Made by a program: the position numbers and the translations under genes. A stretch of 64,000 nucleotides of DNA from contig OZ255842.1 in the NCBI GenBank assembly GCA_965277805.1, positions 1,088,001 to 1,152,000 on the forward strand, written 5' to 3'. Source of the DNA: Candidatus Lustribacter sp. GTDB lineage: Bacteria > Vulcanimicrobiota > Vulcanimicrobiia > Vulcanimicrobiales > Vulcanimicrobiaceae. Positions 47,673 through 57,901 of the stretch are shown here, piece by piece. Under the pieces are notes generated by a model that was given only the letters and a program-made list of their open reading frames with translations, was not told the origin of the DNA and did not search any database. Position 1 is the first letter of the stretch. Each line of letters opens with the position of its first letter.

Positions 47673-48224
47673 CTACGGTGGATCGAGCTCGGCGAAGAGA
47701 TCCGCAAGCGACAACGTTAGACCCGGAAACCGTGCTGATGTGTAGGTGTCCGTGTCGCGATATTCGGTGTGTGCGCCGTCCGCCTCGAAGGCGTCCATCG
47801 TCCGGAGATCGGGATCGATGATGAAAAGTGTCGTGACGCCGGCTGCGAGGTAGACGTCGCGTTTGTGCGCAACGTCGGCCGGGCGATCGTCAGGAGAAAG
47901 AATCTCGACAACGATGTCCGGCGCGACCGGTGGGGTCTCCCGTTCTGCGACGGACAGCGGCAGCATTCGCTCGTACGATACGTAGGCGACGTCCGGCACA
48001 AGCGGCCGGGTGATCTCGCCCGGAGGCGTAATCCGAAAACGCCATTCAGTCCCGACTTCACCGAAACCGCGGGCCCACGTCCGGAGTCGCACACCGACCG
48101 CGAGTTGGAGCAAGGCGTGCCGCCGCGTCGGGCTCACTTTTTGAACCGGCCGATTCCGAAGCCATTCGGTCTCGGGCTTCGTCTCGGCGAGAACGATCTC
48201 GCCGATCGCTGACCCTGCGTCCAT
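47673..48224 (-). CDS. Uma2 family endonuclease
   Basis: SPTRRH, VPDVAYV, APDIVVEILSP, K...YLAAGV..IIDP; GAGG RBS before ATG 48224. Confidence 0.9.
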   Translation of the reverse strand: MDAGSAIGEIVLAETKPETEWLRNRPVQKVSPTRRHALLQLAVGVRLRTWARGFGEVGTEWRFRITPPGEITRPLVPDVAYVSYERMLPLSVAERETPPVAPDIVVEILSPDDRPADVAHKRDVYLAAGVTTLFIIDPDLRTMDAFEADGAHTEYRDTDTYTSARFPGLTLSLADLFAELDPP

Positions 48225-48333
48225 CTGTGCCTCTTCGCGCTTACCCCCACGTGCTCCATTCACGCGCAATCACGCGGGGGAAATGGTCGCTGATGCCGAG
48301 TACGGTTTGGAGCCTTTGTTGGAGGATGTCTGG

Positions 48334-49503
48334 ATGCCGATCAAACGCGCTGCTACGTGGATACTCGCCGGACTCATCGCGGCGCTGCCGTGCGCGACCG
48401 CCGCGGCCGATCCGTACAATATCTACGTGATCACCGCACTCACCGGGCAGTCGGCGTTCCTCGGCGGTGAAGAGGCGAAGGGCCTCGCGGTGCTCGAGGC
48501 GCAGGTGAACAAAGCCGGCGGCGTGCGCGGACGTCAGATCCACTTCGTCATTCAAGACGATCAGTCGATCGCGCAAAACTCGGTCCAGCTGCTCAACGAG
48601 GGCATCGCGAAGAAGATCCCGGTGCTGCTGGGCACCTCGCTCGTCTCCGGTTGCGGCGCGATGCTGCCGATCATCACGAACGGACCGGTCGTGTACTGCT
48701 TCTCGCCGGGCATCCATCCGCCGGCCGGCAGCAACATGTTCTCGGCCAGCATTTCGACTGCCGACTACATCGTCGCGACGTCGCGCTATTTGAAGAGCAA
48801 AGGCCTGCACAAGATCGCGCTGATGACCTCGACCGACGCGACGGGCCAAGACGCCGACAAGAGCATCGACGCCGCCGTCAACGCGCCCGAGATGGGCGGC
48901 ACGCTGAGCATCGTCGATCGCGAACACTTCAACGTCACCGACCTCAGCGTCGCGGCGCAAATGTCGAAGATCAAGGCCTCGGGCGCACAAGTCGCGATTT
49001 TGTGGACCGTCGGCACGCCGTTCGGCACGCTCTTGCGCGAAGCGTCGCAAGGCGGGCTCGATATCCCGCTCATCACCTCGGCCGGCAACCTGAACTACGC
49101 GCAGCTCGAGGGCTACGATTCGTTCATGCCCGACAATCTGCTCATCATGGCTGCACCGTGGGCCGGCCCCAATGTCTTTTCCCCACCAGTTCGTAAGGCG
49201 ATTGCCTCTTACGTCGATGCATTCAAGTCCAGCGGTATCCGGCCCGACGAAGGCTACTCGCTCTCGTGGGATTCGGCGTTGCTCGTGCTCGATGCGTTCC
49301 GCCATCTCGGCTTCGACGCCACGCCTACGCAGATTCGCGACTACATCGCCGGGGTCAAGGGCTTCGTCGGCATCAACGGCGTCTACGACTTCGCCGCGGT
49401 CCCGCAGCGCGGCATCGACATCAACGACCTCGTTATGGTGCGTTGGGATAAGAAGACGAAGTCGCTGATCGGCGTCAGCAAACCCGGCGGGTTCGCACTC
49501 TAG
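48334..49503 (+). CDS. ABC substrate-binding protein, branched-chain amino-acid (LivJ-like) family
   Basis: Signal peptide; ALTGQSAFLG, VNKAGGVRGR, DDQS; GGAGG RBS. Confidence 0.9.
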   Translation: MPIKRAATWILAGLIAALPCATAAADPYNIYVITALTGQSAFLGGEEAKGLAVLEAQVNKAGGVRGRQIHFVIQDDQSIAQNSVQLLNEGIAKKIPVLLGTSLVSGCGAMLPIITNGPVVYCFSPGIHPPAGSNMFSASISTADYIVATSRYLKSKGLHKIALMTSTDATGQDADKSIDAAVNAPEMGGTLSIVDREHFNVTDLSVAAQMSKIKASGAQVAILWTVGTPFGTLLREASQGGLDIPLITSAGNLNYAQLEGYDSFMPDNLLIMAAPWAGPNVFSPPVRKAIASYVDAFKSSGIRPDEGYSLSWDSALLVLDAFRHLGFDATPTQIRDYIAGVKGFVGINGVYDFAAVPQRGIDINDLVMVRWDKKTKSLIGVSKPGGFAL

Positions 49504-49985
49504 TGGCGGAGCCGAATCGCTGGGACGAGCTGATCGCACTGCGTGACCGGCAGCGCGCGCATGCGAAGGACGCCGTGCAAGTGGTGCGCGGCTCGGAACT
49601 GCTGCAAGAGAACAGTGCCTTCGGGAAGCTGCGCTGGTACATGCATCCCTCGATTGAGAACAACGCGCTCTCGACGCTGATGTTCTTCGAGCAAGAACTC
49701 GCGCCGGGCAGCCGCTCGGGCCGGCTGAAGTTCCAGGGCGGACAGGTCATCTACGTTTTGAGCGGCACCGGCTACACGATGGTCGACGGCGTGAAGCATC
49801 CGTGGAAAGGCGGCGACGTACTCAACCTGCCGGTGCGCACCAACGGCATCATCGTGCAGCACGTCAACACCGGCGATGAGCATGCGAAGCTGCTGGCGTG
49901 TGAGCCCAACTGGTTCGCGGCGACCGGCGTCGATCGCGGCAGCGGCTTCGAATTGATCGAGCCGTCGAGCGATTACCGTGGCTGA
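49503..49985 (+). CDS. Cupin-domain protein lacking most metal-binding histidines
   Basis: VIYVLSGTGY..VDG...WKGGD; LKFQ in place of HRHQ. Confidence 0.8.
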   Translation: MAEPNRWDELIALRDRQRAHAKDAVQVVRGSELLQENSAFGKLRWYMHPSIENNALSTLMFFEQELAPGSRSGRLKFQGGQVIYVLSGTGYTMVDGVKHPWKGGDVLNLPVRTNGIIVQHVNTGDEHAKLLACEPNWFAATGVDRGSGFELIEPSSDYRG

Positions 49986-50490
49986 GCGCGAACGCGAACG
50001 CGTCCGCGAGCGGCCGCCGATCGAGCACAACAGCTACGAAGTGCTGATCCAGGATCGCATCGCAATTGCACAGCGGCAGCAGAACGGCCCGATCGTGATC
50101 CGCTCGGAAGACCGTCCGATTCAAGTGAATCGCCAGGGCACGCTGCGCTACTACCTCGCGCCGCTGTCGTATCCCGACACGCCGCTGCAAGACTGGCTCG
50201 TATTCGAGAACCACGTCCGCACGCACTCGGGGAAACACCGCCATCAAGGTGGCCTCGTGATCTACGTGATTGACGGCGAAGGTTACTCGATCGTCGACGG
50301 CGAGCGCTTCGACTGGAAGTCGGGCGACTTACTCTTGTTACCGATCCGGCCCGGCGGGGTAGAACACCAGCACTATAACCTCAAGGCCGATCGCCCGTGC
50401 CGCTGGATTGCGTTCTGCCATATGCCCACGATGGACAATCTCGCCATGGAAATGACGCAAATCGAAGTCTCGCCGGACTTCCGCGGATAA
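49978..50490 (+). CDS. Cupin-domain protein (metal-binding)
   Basis: SGKHRHQGG..YVIDGEGY...WKSGD...HQHYN. Confidence 0.85.
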   Translation: MAERERERVRERPPIEHNSYEVLIQDRIAIAQRQQNGPIVIRSEDRPIQVNRQGTLRYYLAPLSYPDTPLQDWLVFENHVRTHSGKHRHQGGLVIYVIDGEGYSIVDGERFDWKSGDLLLLPIRPGGVEHQHYNLKADRPCRWIAFCHMPTMDNLAMEMTQIEVSPDFRG

Positions 50491-50497
50491 CGACTCC

Positions 50498-52222
50498 GTG
50501 CGACGGCCTTGGTTTGAATCGAGGCCGGCGCTCATCGCGGTTGCCGCCGTTGTCGTGGCGATCATCGCGGTCCTTGCTGCACCATTCCTCATCCCCGTGG
50601 ATAGCTATCGGCCGCTGCTGGTATGGGCGATCGAAGCCGGCACGGGCCGCCAAGTGACGATCGATCATCTGGAATTGCACGTCGTGCCGAGCCTGCGCGT
50701 TACCGTCGTGTGCTTTCACGTGTTGAACCCGAGCGGCTTCCCGGCGGGCGATGCGCTCGTCGCACAGTCGATCGATCTGGCGGTCGATCCGCGCGCTTTG
50801 CTGGCGCGCCGGCTCGATATCACCGATATCATCCCCACCGGTGTGCAGCTGAACGTCTTGCGCAACACCACGGGCCGCTCGAATTTTGCCCAACCGGTGA
50901 AGCGCACGGCGCAAGGTCCCGCCACGGTGTTCGCGCTCGAGCCGCTCAGTGCGGTGAGCGTGAAGGGGGCAGAAATCACGTTCGGGGATGCGCCGGGGAC
51001 GAAGCGGCCGGCGCCGTCGTTCACCCTGAGCGGAGTCAGCGGCACCATCAGCTCCATCAACACCCAAGCACCGGACTGGGCGAAGCAACTCACCATTGTG
51101 GCTGACCTGCGCGGTGCGCATCTTACGACCTCACTGTTGAAGAAACCAATCGATTTTCAAACCGGCACCCTGTCGCTGAAGGCTGGTGCCGGACGGGCGA
51201 CGTTCGCGGCATCGGTGGGAAGCGTGAATCTTGCCGGCAGCGCATCGTTCCCGCGTCTCGATCCGTTGTCGATCGCGTTCTCGGTCAGCAGTCCGGAACT
51301 GGATCTTAAGGACCTGGGAGCGCTCTTGGGTGGTGGGGTACAAGGCGGTGCTGCGACGGTCTCGCGCTATCCCATCGCGCATGGAACGATTGCGATCGGC
51401 AAAGTCATGGCATCGCCGGTGGAAGTGACGCAATTGAAGGGACAGCTCGCATTTTACGGGAGCAACGTGCAGCTGACAGGGTGCACGTTCAACGCGTATG
51501 GCGGTCGCGTGAGCGGAAGCGCGGTCATTCACGGCGCGGCCGGGACCCCGGTCGACGCTAAAGCGCACGTCGCCGGGATCAACGTTGCGCAAACCCTCGC
51601 GGCTCTCGGCTGGGGTAGCGGAAAGGTCTCGGGCGCACTGACGGCCTCGTTCACCTTCGCGACCCGGCTGACCAGCAACCCGGAGGCATCCCTGACAGCG
51701 GCAGGCACGTTCGCGGTGAGCAACGGCTCGTTTCCCGGCATGAACTTCAACAGCAACCTCGCCCAGATTGCAAAACTCGCAAGCATCGACGTGCCGTCCG
51801 GGCCGACTCGATTCAGCTATTTCGGCGGCGATCTGCGCATCGCGCACGAGCGCGGCTACAGTAACGAACTGCGGCTCGTGGCAACCGGGATGACCGGTAC
51901 GGCTCGCGGCAGCTTCGGGTTCGATCAGTCTATCAGCTATAACGGGACCGGCGTGATCGATGTTCTGTCGGGCTCATCATCGTCCACGGGTTCATCCGCC
52001 CTGGCAATGGTCGCGCAAGTCCTGCACACGACGCTGCAGCAAAACGTCGGCTCGGGTCAGGTCCAGATCCCCTTCTCGCTACGCGGCACGATCGACAACC
52101 CGCAATTCACGACGGCCGGCCTCGCGCAGCTCATTACGAACAACATCCCCGCGCAAGTCATCCAACAGCAAACGGGAAATCCGGCAGTTCAGTCGCTGCT
52201 GAAACTGATTCCAGGTCTCTAA
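50498..52222 (+). CDS. AsmA family protein
   Basis: N-terminal TM, YRP...IEAGTGRQVTI, beta-rich body, AYGGRVSG, IPFSLRGTIDNP. Confidence 0.85.
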   Translation: MRRPWFESRPALIAVAAVVVAIIAVLAAPFLIPVDSYRPLLVWAIEAGTGRQVTIDHLELHVVPSLRVTVVCFHVLNPSGFPAGDALVAQSIDLAVDPRALLARRLDITDIIPTGVQLNVLRNTTGRSNFAQPVKRTAQGPATVFALEPLSAVSVKGAEITFGDAPGTKRPAPSFTLSGVSGTISSINTQAPDWAKQLTIVADLRGAHLTTSLLKKPIDFQTGTLSLKAGAGRATFAASVGSVNLAGSASFPRLDPLSIAFSVSSPELDLKDLGALLGGGVQGGAATVSRYPIAHGTIAIGKVMASPVEVTQLKGQLAFYGSNVQLTGCTFNAYGGRVSGSAVIHGAAGTPVDAKAHVAGINVAQTLAALGWGSGKVSGALTASFTFATRLTSNPEASLTAAGTFAVSNGSFPGMNFNSNLAQIAKLASIDVPSGPTRFSYFGGDLRIAHERGYSNELRLVATGMTGTARGSFGFDQSISYNGTGVIDVLSGSSSSTGSSALAMVAQVLHTTLQQNVGSGQVQIPFSLRGTIDNPQFTTAGLAQLITNNIPAQVIQQQTGNPAVQSLLKLIPGL

Positions 52223-52671
52223 GCGCGGCGCGCGAGAAGCGCGTCGATTGAGTAGCGACCCGGGCCGGCGATGAAAAGTGCGATCGCGATCGTGAGAAGG
52301 AGGGCGGGGATTTCATAGGATTCGCGGCCGCCGACGAAGCGGTGATGTTGCAGGATGCCGACGCCGATGACGGCGACGCTCAGGTCGCAGATGATAAAGA
52401 ACGTTACGACGCGCGTGAGCAGGCCAAACAGAATGAGGAAGCCGCCGATGCCCTCGGCAAATGCGACGATCGGTTCGAGGAACGACGGCGCGTTGGGGAC
52501 TGCCGCGTGCAGCCCGGGGCTATTGTCGAGCCAGTGCATCGGATCGTGCATCTTCGGGGCGCCATGGAGGTGCAACGCATAGCCGGCGACGAGCCGGAGG
52601 ATCAGCAGCGCAATCGCGGTTGAGACGCTGGTCGGTGGTACCAGAGCGCGAACGAAGCTCGATGGCGTCAT
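52219..52671 (-). CDS. DoxX family membrane protein
   Basis: LLILRLVAG...HG..K, AEGIGG...GLLTR, GPGRYSID. Confidence 0.9.
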   Translation of the reverse strand: MTPSSFVRALVPPTSVSTAIALLILRLVAGYALHLHGAPKMHDPMHWLDNSPGLHAAVPNAPSFLEPIVAFAEGIGGFLILFGLLTRVVTFFIICDLSVAVIGVGILQHHRFVGGRESYEIPALLLTIAIALFIAGPGRYSIDALLARRA

Positions 52672-52706
52672 GCCGCCCATCCTGCCCCGCAATCTTGAGA
52701 ACTTCC

Positions 52707-53483
52707 TCAGAACCGCACGCCGAGACCAGCCGCCAGCATGCTATCGCGCACGGAAGCGGGCGCGTTCGTCCGATCGTGCAGATCCTCGCCGGCGAAGCTG
52801 ATGTCCAAATAGAGGTGCGTGCCGGGTTGGTTGATCAGCATCCCGGCGCGATAGCGTAGGCCACGATACGTAAGCGCGGTCGCGGGCCCGTTCCCGAGCG
52901 AGTACATCCCACCGGCGTTCGGCGTGTACGACACCCACGCGTACGGCGTAATCACCGGCACCGGGTTGGGCGCGAGCATCACAACGTATCCCACGCCGTG
53001 CACGGGCGGATATCCCGTGTTGACGCGTCGCGTGAAGAGGTCGAGTCCGGCGAAAATGTGCGGCGCGATGCGCGGTCCGCCGCCCGACTCCATCTCATCA
53101 TCGTGCACCAAGAACGACGGCACGCTCGCGAAGCCGTTGCCGCCGATCGTCGCGACCGGATTCGTTCCCACGTGCTGGTAGGCGAAGCTGCGGAAATCCG
53201 AGTAGCTCAACACATGGAAGTGGCCCAGCAACGTCGTCTCGCCCGTTTGCCAACCCTCGAGCTCCGTTAGGCCGGTCGACGAACCCGGCACGAACTCGCT
53301 GGTCACGTTCGATGTCGCGCTCACGCCCACGGCGATAAACTGCTGCCCCGTCACGAACAGCTTGGGCTTCGGCGATGCCGAGGCCGCCGGCATCGGCGCA
53401 GGTGCGCTCTGCGCCGAAGCGCTGCCGCCGATAACGAGCGATATCGCGCCCGTCAGAAGAGCGATGAGTAAATGGCGTTTCAC
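52707..53483 (-). CDS. Hypothetical outer-membrane beta-barrel-like protein
   Basis: GTG start (KRHLLIALL signal peptide), amphipathic strands, C-terminal GLGVRF beta-signal. Confidence 0.65.
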   Translation of the reverse strand: MKRHLLIALLTGAISLVIGGSASAQSAPAPMPAASASPKPKLFVTGQQFIAVGVSATSNVTSEFVPGSSTGLTELEGWQTGETTLLGHFHVLSYSDFRSFAYQHVGTNPVATIGGNGFASVPSFLVHDDEMESGGGPRIAPHIFAGLDLFTRRVNTGYPPVHGVGYVVMLAPNPVPVITPYAWVSYTPNAGGMYSLGNGPATALTYRGLRYRAGMLINQPGTHLYLDISFAGEDLHDRTNAPASVRDSMLAAGLGVRF

Positions 53484-53545
53484 GAGCGGGCTATTCCCGC
53501 TGTGCGCGAGAGGTAATCTCATCGGCGGAAGAAAGTTGCGTGACT

Positions 53546-55357
53546 ATGCAAGGCAAACGGAACAGCCGGTCGCGCTCCCTCATCGGGATGCTGCTCGCGC
53601 TCACGGTGCTGCTCTCCTCGAGCGGTTCGCTCGCGGTCGCGCAGGACGTTGCGCCGAGGCTGATCCCGGATAAGATCATCTCGATCCCGATGAGCGACGG
53701 CGTGAAGATCGCGGCCGCGCTCTACCTGCCGGACAATCCGCACGGCAAGTATCCGGTGCTTCTCGCCGCGTCCGCTTATCGCTTCGACAACGACGAAGTG
53801 CCGGCGATGGCGATTTATCCGTTCATGGAACTGGGCCCGGTGCGCTACTACACGCAGCACGGCTACATCTACGTCCACATGGACGTGCGCGGTTCGGGCC
53901 GTTCGGGCGGCACCTACACCTACCAGTCGCGGCGCGAACAGCGCGATCTCTACGAAGCGATCGAATGGATCGCAAAACAGCCCTGGTCGACGGGCAAGAT
54001 CGGCGGCGTCGGTCAGTCGTACTACGCGCGCGCGCAGTGGTTCATGGGCGCCCAGCATCCGCCGCATTTGTCGTGCATCGCGCCCTACGACGGCAACATC
54101 GATACCTATCACGCCTCGGCCTACACCGGCGGCATTCCGGGCGACTATCCCGACTCGTGGTTCGACGGCCTGCGCTCGCAGAATCTCTACCCGCGTGCCG
54201 GTCCCCCGCGCGTGATCGCCTACGACTACACGCTGCAAGCGCTGCGTCACAACCTCTACGACGACTTTTGGAAAGAACGCACGGTCGCCGAGCAGTTGCC
54301 GACGGTCAAAGTGCCGACGTTCTCGATCGGCGTGTGGGGCAAAGTCGATCTTCATCTCAACGGCAACATCGTCGGCTTCCAGCGCGTGACCGGGCCGAAG
54401 AAACTGCTCGTGTTCGGCGGCGCCAACGTCGAGCAAGCCGTGGCGGATTATTCGAGCATCGGCTTCCACGAAACGTATCTCCGGCCGTTCTATGACTGGT
54501 GCCTCAAAGGCGAGCAAACGTCGTATGTCACGGCGCCGGACGTGCGCTATGCGCTGACCGGTAGCGACAAGATCCTCTCCGCCGCCACCTGGCCGCCGGT
54601 CGGGATCAACTACGAAACGCTGTTCCTCAACAACGGCCCGACCGGCAGCGTGGTCTCCCTCAACGACGGCGCCCTCAACGCGACCGCCCCCGATGCGAGC
54701 AACGCGCCGACCGTCTTCAAGTACCCGAACGCCGGCTGGACCAACGGCGTCGTCGGCCGCGGACCCGACGGCCGGCCCGATCCCGCACGCCGCGTCCTCA
54801 CGTTCACGACCGCGCCGCTCGATGCGGATACCCAAGTCGTGGGCCCGATCGAACTGATTCTGTACGCCTCGTCGAGCAACACCGATACGGATTTCTTCGT
54901 CAAGCTATCAGATCAGTCGCCGGGAACCGACGCCGATCAGAAGGCCGGGTTGAACCCGCGTTACAGCATCGTCACCAAAGGCTGGCTGCGCGCGTCACAC
55001 CGTGCGCTCGATCCGAAGTGGTCGCTGCCGCACGCGCCGTGGTACACCGATGCGAAAGAACAGCCGCTGCATCCGGGACAAATCTACAAATTCGACATCG
55101 CGGTGATGCCGACGGCGCACATGTTCAAGAAAGGCAGCCGCATTCGCCTCGAGCTGGCGAACGGCGATTCCGCCGCGACCGACGCGCCGTTCACGCACCG
55201 CTACAGCCCGCGCAAGCTCGGTGCCGACACGATCTATCACGATGCCCAGCATCCTTCGGAGCTGTTGCTCCCGCTCTTGCCGGCCGCACCGGCGACCGGA
55301 GCTGCCCAATCCGGAGCTGCCCAATCCGGAGCTGCCCAATCCGGAGCTGCCCAATGA
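53546..55357 (+). CDS. Secreted CocE/NonD family serine hydrolase
   Basis: MSDGVKIAA, DVRGSGRSGG, WIAKQPWSTGKIG..GQSYY, GWLRASHR, GSRIRLEL, IYHDAQHPS. Confidence 0.92.
   Translation: MQGKRNSRSRSLIGMLLALTVLLSSSGSLAVAQDVAPRLIPDKIISIPMSDGVKIAAALYLPDNPHGKYPVLLAASAYRFDNDEVPAMAIYPFMELGPVRYYTQHGYIYVHMDVRGSGRSGGTYTYQSRREQRDLYEAIEWIAKQPWSTGKIGGVGQSYYARAQWFMGAQHPPHLSCIAPYDGNIDTYHASAYTGGIPGDYPDSWFDGLRSQNLYPRAGPPRVIAYDYTLQALRHNLYDDFWKERTVAEQLPTVKVPTFSIGVWGKVDLHLNGNIVGFQRVTGPKKLLVFGGANVEQAVADYSSIGFHETYLRPFYDWCLKGEQTSYVTAPDVRYALTGSDKILSAATWPPVGINYETLFLNNGPTGSVVSLNDGALNATAPDASNAPTVFKYPNAGWTNGVVGRGPDGRPDPARRVLTFTTAPLDADTQVVGPIELILYASSSNTDTDFFVKLSDQSPGTDADQKAGLNPRYSIVTKGWLRASHRALDPKWSLPHAPWYTDAKEQPLHPGQIYKFDIAVMPTAHMFKKGSRIRLELANGDSAATDAPFTHRYSPRKLGADTIYHDAQHPSELLLPLLPAAPATGAAQSGAAQSGAAQSGAAQ
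55296..55355 (+). repeat. Perfect 15-bp tandem repeat, 4 copies (CCGGAGCTGCCCAAT)
   Basis: Direct reading; encodes (GAAQS)n at the C-terminus of the CocE protein. Confidence 0.95.
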
Positions 55358-55845
55358 AGAAGACGATCCTCGCGCTTTCGGCGGTCGCAGCGATAGCGGC
55401 CGCCACCGTGCCGGCGCGCAGTGCCGATGTGCTCACCACGCATCGGCTTTCAGCGCAACTCGCCACGGAGATCGCGGTCGACGCGATCGCGGCCTGTGCG
55501 AAGATGACCTACACGATCACCGCTGCCGTCGTCGATAGTGACGGCGTAACGCAAGCGCTGATCCGCGGCGACGGTGCCGGTATCCACACGGTGCAAGGCG
55601 CGCACGACAAGGCGTTCACCGCGGTGACCTACGGCCGTGCGGGCAGCGAAACGCAGAAGGGATACATGGCGAGCCCGCCGTCGGGCGTCATCCTCAAAGA
55701 GCCGTATCTCATTCCCGGCGACGGCGGCTTGCCGATCAAGATCGGTAATGAGGTCGTGGCTGCGCTCGGCGTCAGCGGCTCGCCGGGCAAAGACGAAGTC
55801 TGCGGCAATGCGGCGCTCGACATGGTCCGCGCGCGCCTGAGGTGA
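55354..55845 (+). CDS. GlcG/HbpS family heme-binding protein, secreted
   Basis: AVVDSDG, RGDGA, KAFTA, GGLPI..G.EVV.ALGVSG..DEVC. Confidence 0.9.
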   Translation: MKKTILALSAVAAIAAATVPARSADVLTTHRLSAQLATEIAVDAIAACAKMTYTITAAVVDSDGVTQALIRGDGAGIHTVQGAHDKAFTAVTYGRAGSETQKGYMASPPSGVILKEPYLIPGDGGLPIKIGNEVVAALGVSGSPGKDEVCGNAALDMVRARLR

Positions 55846-56816
55846 AGCAGATGATGAACGGCATGCGGACCCCGTCGATTTCGCGTTCTGCCGCGATGGC
55901 GCTGATCGGCGGAGGCCTGCTCGCGGCCGCCATTCCCGCCGCGGCTCAAACCGCACTCTCGCAGGTGCGGATGGGCGCACCAACGATCGACGCGTCGGCG
56001 CAGCCGTGGTACGGGTCCGACGCGGGGATCTTTCAGGCGAACGGAATCGATCCCCAGGTCACGGTGATGGCGAACGCCCAGGCCATCGTGCAGGCTGTGA
56101 TGGCCGGCGCGCTCGACGTCGGCATCGCGAACCCGATGGTGTTGGCGGTCGCAATCTCGCACGGCATTCCGCTGCAAGTGCTCGCGCCAGCGTCGCTCTA
56201 TTCCAAGCGCGATGCGATTCCGGCACTTGTTGTTGCCAAAGATTCGCCGTTCAAAACGGCCAAAGATTTGATCGGCGCGTCGATCGGTGACGTATCGCTC
56301 GGCAATTTCAACCAGATCAGCACGATGGCGTGGCTCGATGCGCGCGGCGTTCCGCCCAAAAGCGTGAAGTTCGTCGAGCTGCCGTTCTCCGAAGTCGGTG
56401 AGGCCTTGAAGCGCGGCACCGTGCAAGCCGCGTTCATCGCGGAGCCCTTTGAAAGCGCCCAAATACGTGCCGGACTCATCCGTCAATTCGGCGACCCGTA
56501 TCTCACCGTCGGTCCCGAGATTGCGGTGGTGGCGTGGTTCTCGACGAAAGACTGGGCGCAGAAGAATCCCGACGTTGAGAAGCGGCTCGTCAAGAGCATC
56601 TACGCGACGGCACAGTGGGCCAATGCCCATACGGGCGAAACGGCTGCGATACTCGCGAAAGTGTCCAAGCAAGACCAGGCGGGCATCGAGGCGGCGAAAC
56701 GCTACTACTTCGCGACCGAACCGCAGCGTCATTATCTCGAACCAATCTTGAAAGTCGCGGCGCAGTACGGCGCATTGCAGCGTCCGGTCAGCTACGAAGA
56801 ATTCACCGGCAGCTAA
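55842..56816 (+). CDS. ABC substrate-binding protein, SsuA/THI5/NMT1-like
   Basis: Leader ISRSAAMALIGG; VKFVELPFSEVGEALKRGTV...EPF; paralogue of 7317..8246. Confidence 0.85.
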   Translation: MKQMMNGMRTPSISRSAAMALIGGGLLAAAIPAAAQTALSQVRMGAPTIDASAQPWYGSDAGIFQANGIDPQVTVMANAQAIVQAVMAGALDVGIANPMVLAVAISHGIPLQVLAPASLYSKRDAIPALVVAKDSPFKTAKDLIGASIGDVSLGNFNQISTMAWLDARGVPPKSVKFVELPFSEVGEALKRGTVQAAFIAEPFESAQIRAGLIRQFGDPYLTVGPEIAVVAWFSTKDWAQKNPDVEKRLVKSIYATAQWANAHTGETAAILAKVSKQDQAGIEAAKRYYFATEPQRHYLEPILKVAAQYGALQRPVSYEEFTGS

Positions 56817-56828
56817 CCGGCAGCTAAA

Positions 56829-56854
56829 CGATCCCCGACAAGCTCGGGATGACA
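56829..56854 (+). repeat. REP-like hairpin repeat, copy 3 (between convergent genes)
   Basis: CGATCCCCGACAAGCTCGGGATGACA. Confidence 0.8.
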
Positions 56855-56857
56855 TGA

Positions 56858-57901
56858 TCAGGTGGTCGCGATGATGTAGCGGGCGATCTCGTCGGGCGGG
56901 AGTACGTTCGCGGCGGCGCCTAACCGCACGGCTTCGCCCGGCATGCCGAAGACGACGCATGTGTCTTCGTTTTGCGCGACCGTGAGGCCGCCGGCGCGTT
57001 GCAGTTCGAGCAGTCCGGCGGCACCGTCGCGACCCATGCCGGTGAGCACGACGCCCATTGAGCGCGGGCCGAAGGCGCGCGCCACCGACTGCAAGAGGTA
57101 GTTGCCCGAGGGACGGAAGCCGTCGTCGTCGGGTTCGCTCGAGAGTGCGATGCGGCCGTTTTTGTCGATGCCCAAGTGCACGCCGTCGGGCGCGATGTAG
57201 CCGTGACCGGGTTGCGTTTGCGCGCCGTCTTGCGCGATGGCGACCGGAATGCCGGTGCGTGTGCTGAGCCACGACGCGAAGCCGGCGATGAAGCCCTCGG
57301 ACATGTGCTGCACGATGAGGAACGTCGCCGGGCTCGCGGCGCCGACGGCGGTGAGGATGTCCGCGATCACGGCGGGCGCGCCGGTCGAGCCGACGAGCGC
57401 AACAACGTTTACGCGGGTTTGCGCGGTCTTCGGCGTAGCCGGTTTGGGGATTTCGGCCGGCGGGCTCAGCGGATTCGAGCGCGGCCGTGCGGGCCAACGA
57501 CGCACGACCTTCACCTCCGACATCAACCGCACGGTGCGCACGAGCTGTCCTGCGATGCGGTCGAAGGTAGGCGAGCCGAAGGCCGGCGGTTTGCTCACCA
57601 CGGCCAGCGCGCCGTTCTTGATCGCATCGAAGGTGAATTCGCTCTCGACCGGGCTCGCGGTCATCAGCACGATCGGCGTCGGGATCGTCTCCATGATCAC
57701 GCGCGTCGCGCCCACGCCGTCGAGCTTGGGCATCTGGCAATCCATCAGGATCACGTCGGGCCGCAGTTGGCGCGCTTGATCGACGCCTTGCTCGCCGTCA
57801 TTCGCGGTGCCGACGATGTCGAATCCGCCCGACTCCTCGAGCACGAAGCTGATGAACTCGCGTTGCACGGCCGAATCCTCGACCAGCAAGAGCCGGATCA
57901 C
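56858..57901 (-). CDS. cheB: Chemotaxis response regulator protein-glutamate methylesterase
   Basis: REC domain LLVEDS...PDVILMD.QMP; esterase GSTGAP, VQHM, TGMGRDGA, VFGMP; GTG start at 57901. Confidence 0.95.
   Translation of the reverse strand: MIRLLLVEDSAVQREFISFVLEESGGFDIVGTANDGEQGVDQARQLRPDVILMDCQMPKLDGVGATRVIMETIPTPIVLMTASPVESEFTFDAIKNGALAVVSKPPAFGSPTFDRIAGQLVRTVRLMSEVKVVRRWPARPRSNPLSPPAEIPKPATPKTAQTRVNVVALVGSTGAPAVIADILTAVGAASPATFLIVQHMSEGFIAGFASWLSTRTGIPVAIAQDGAQTQPGHGYIAPDGVHLGIDKNGRIALSSEPDDDGFRPSGNYLLQSVARAFGPRSMGVVLTGMGRDGAAGLLELQRAGGLTVAQNEDTCVVFGMPGEAVRLGAAANVLPPDEIARYIIATT

Noticed and set aside
47673-48224. Uma2 nuclease as part of the eCIS or as an immunity factor
   Set aside because: Separated from the locus by yihY, and Uma2 genes are commonly scattered; no linking evidence.
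55296-55355. CRISPR array
   Set aside because: 15-bp units with no spacers, inside a CDS, and no cas genes.
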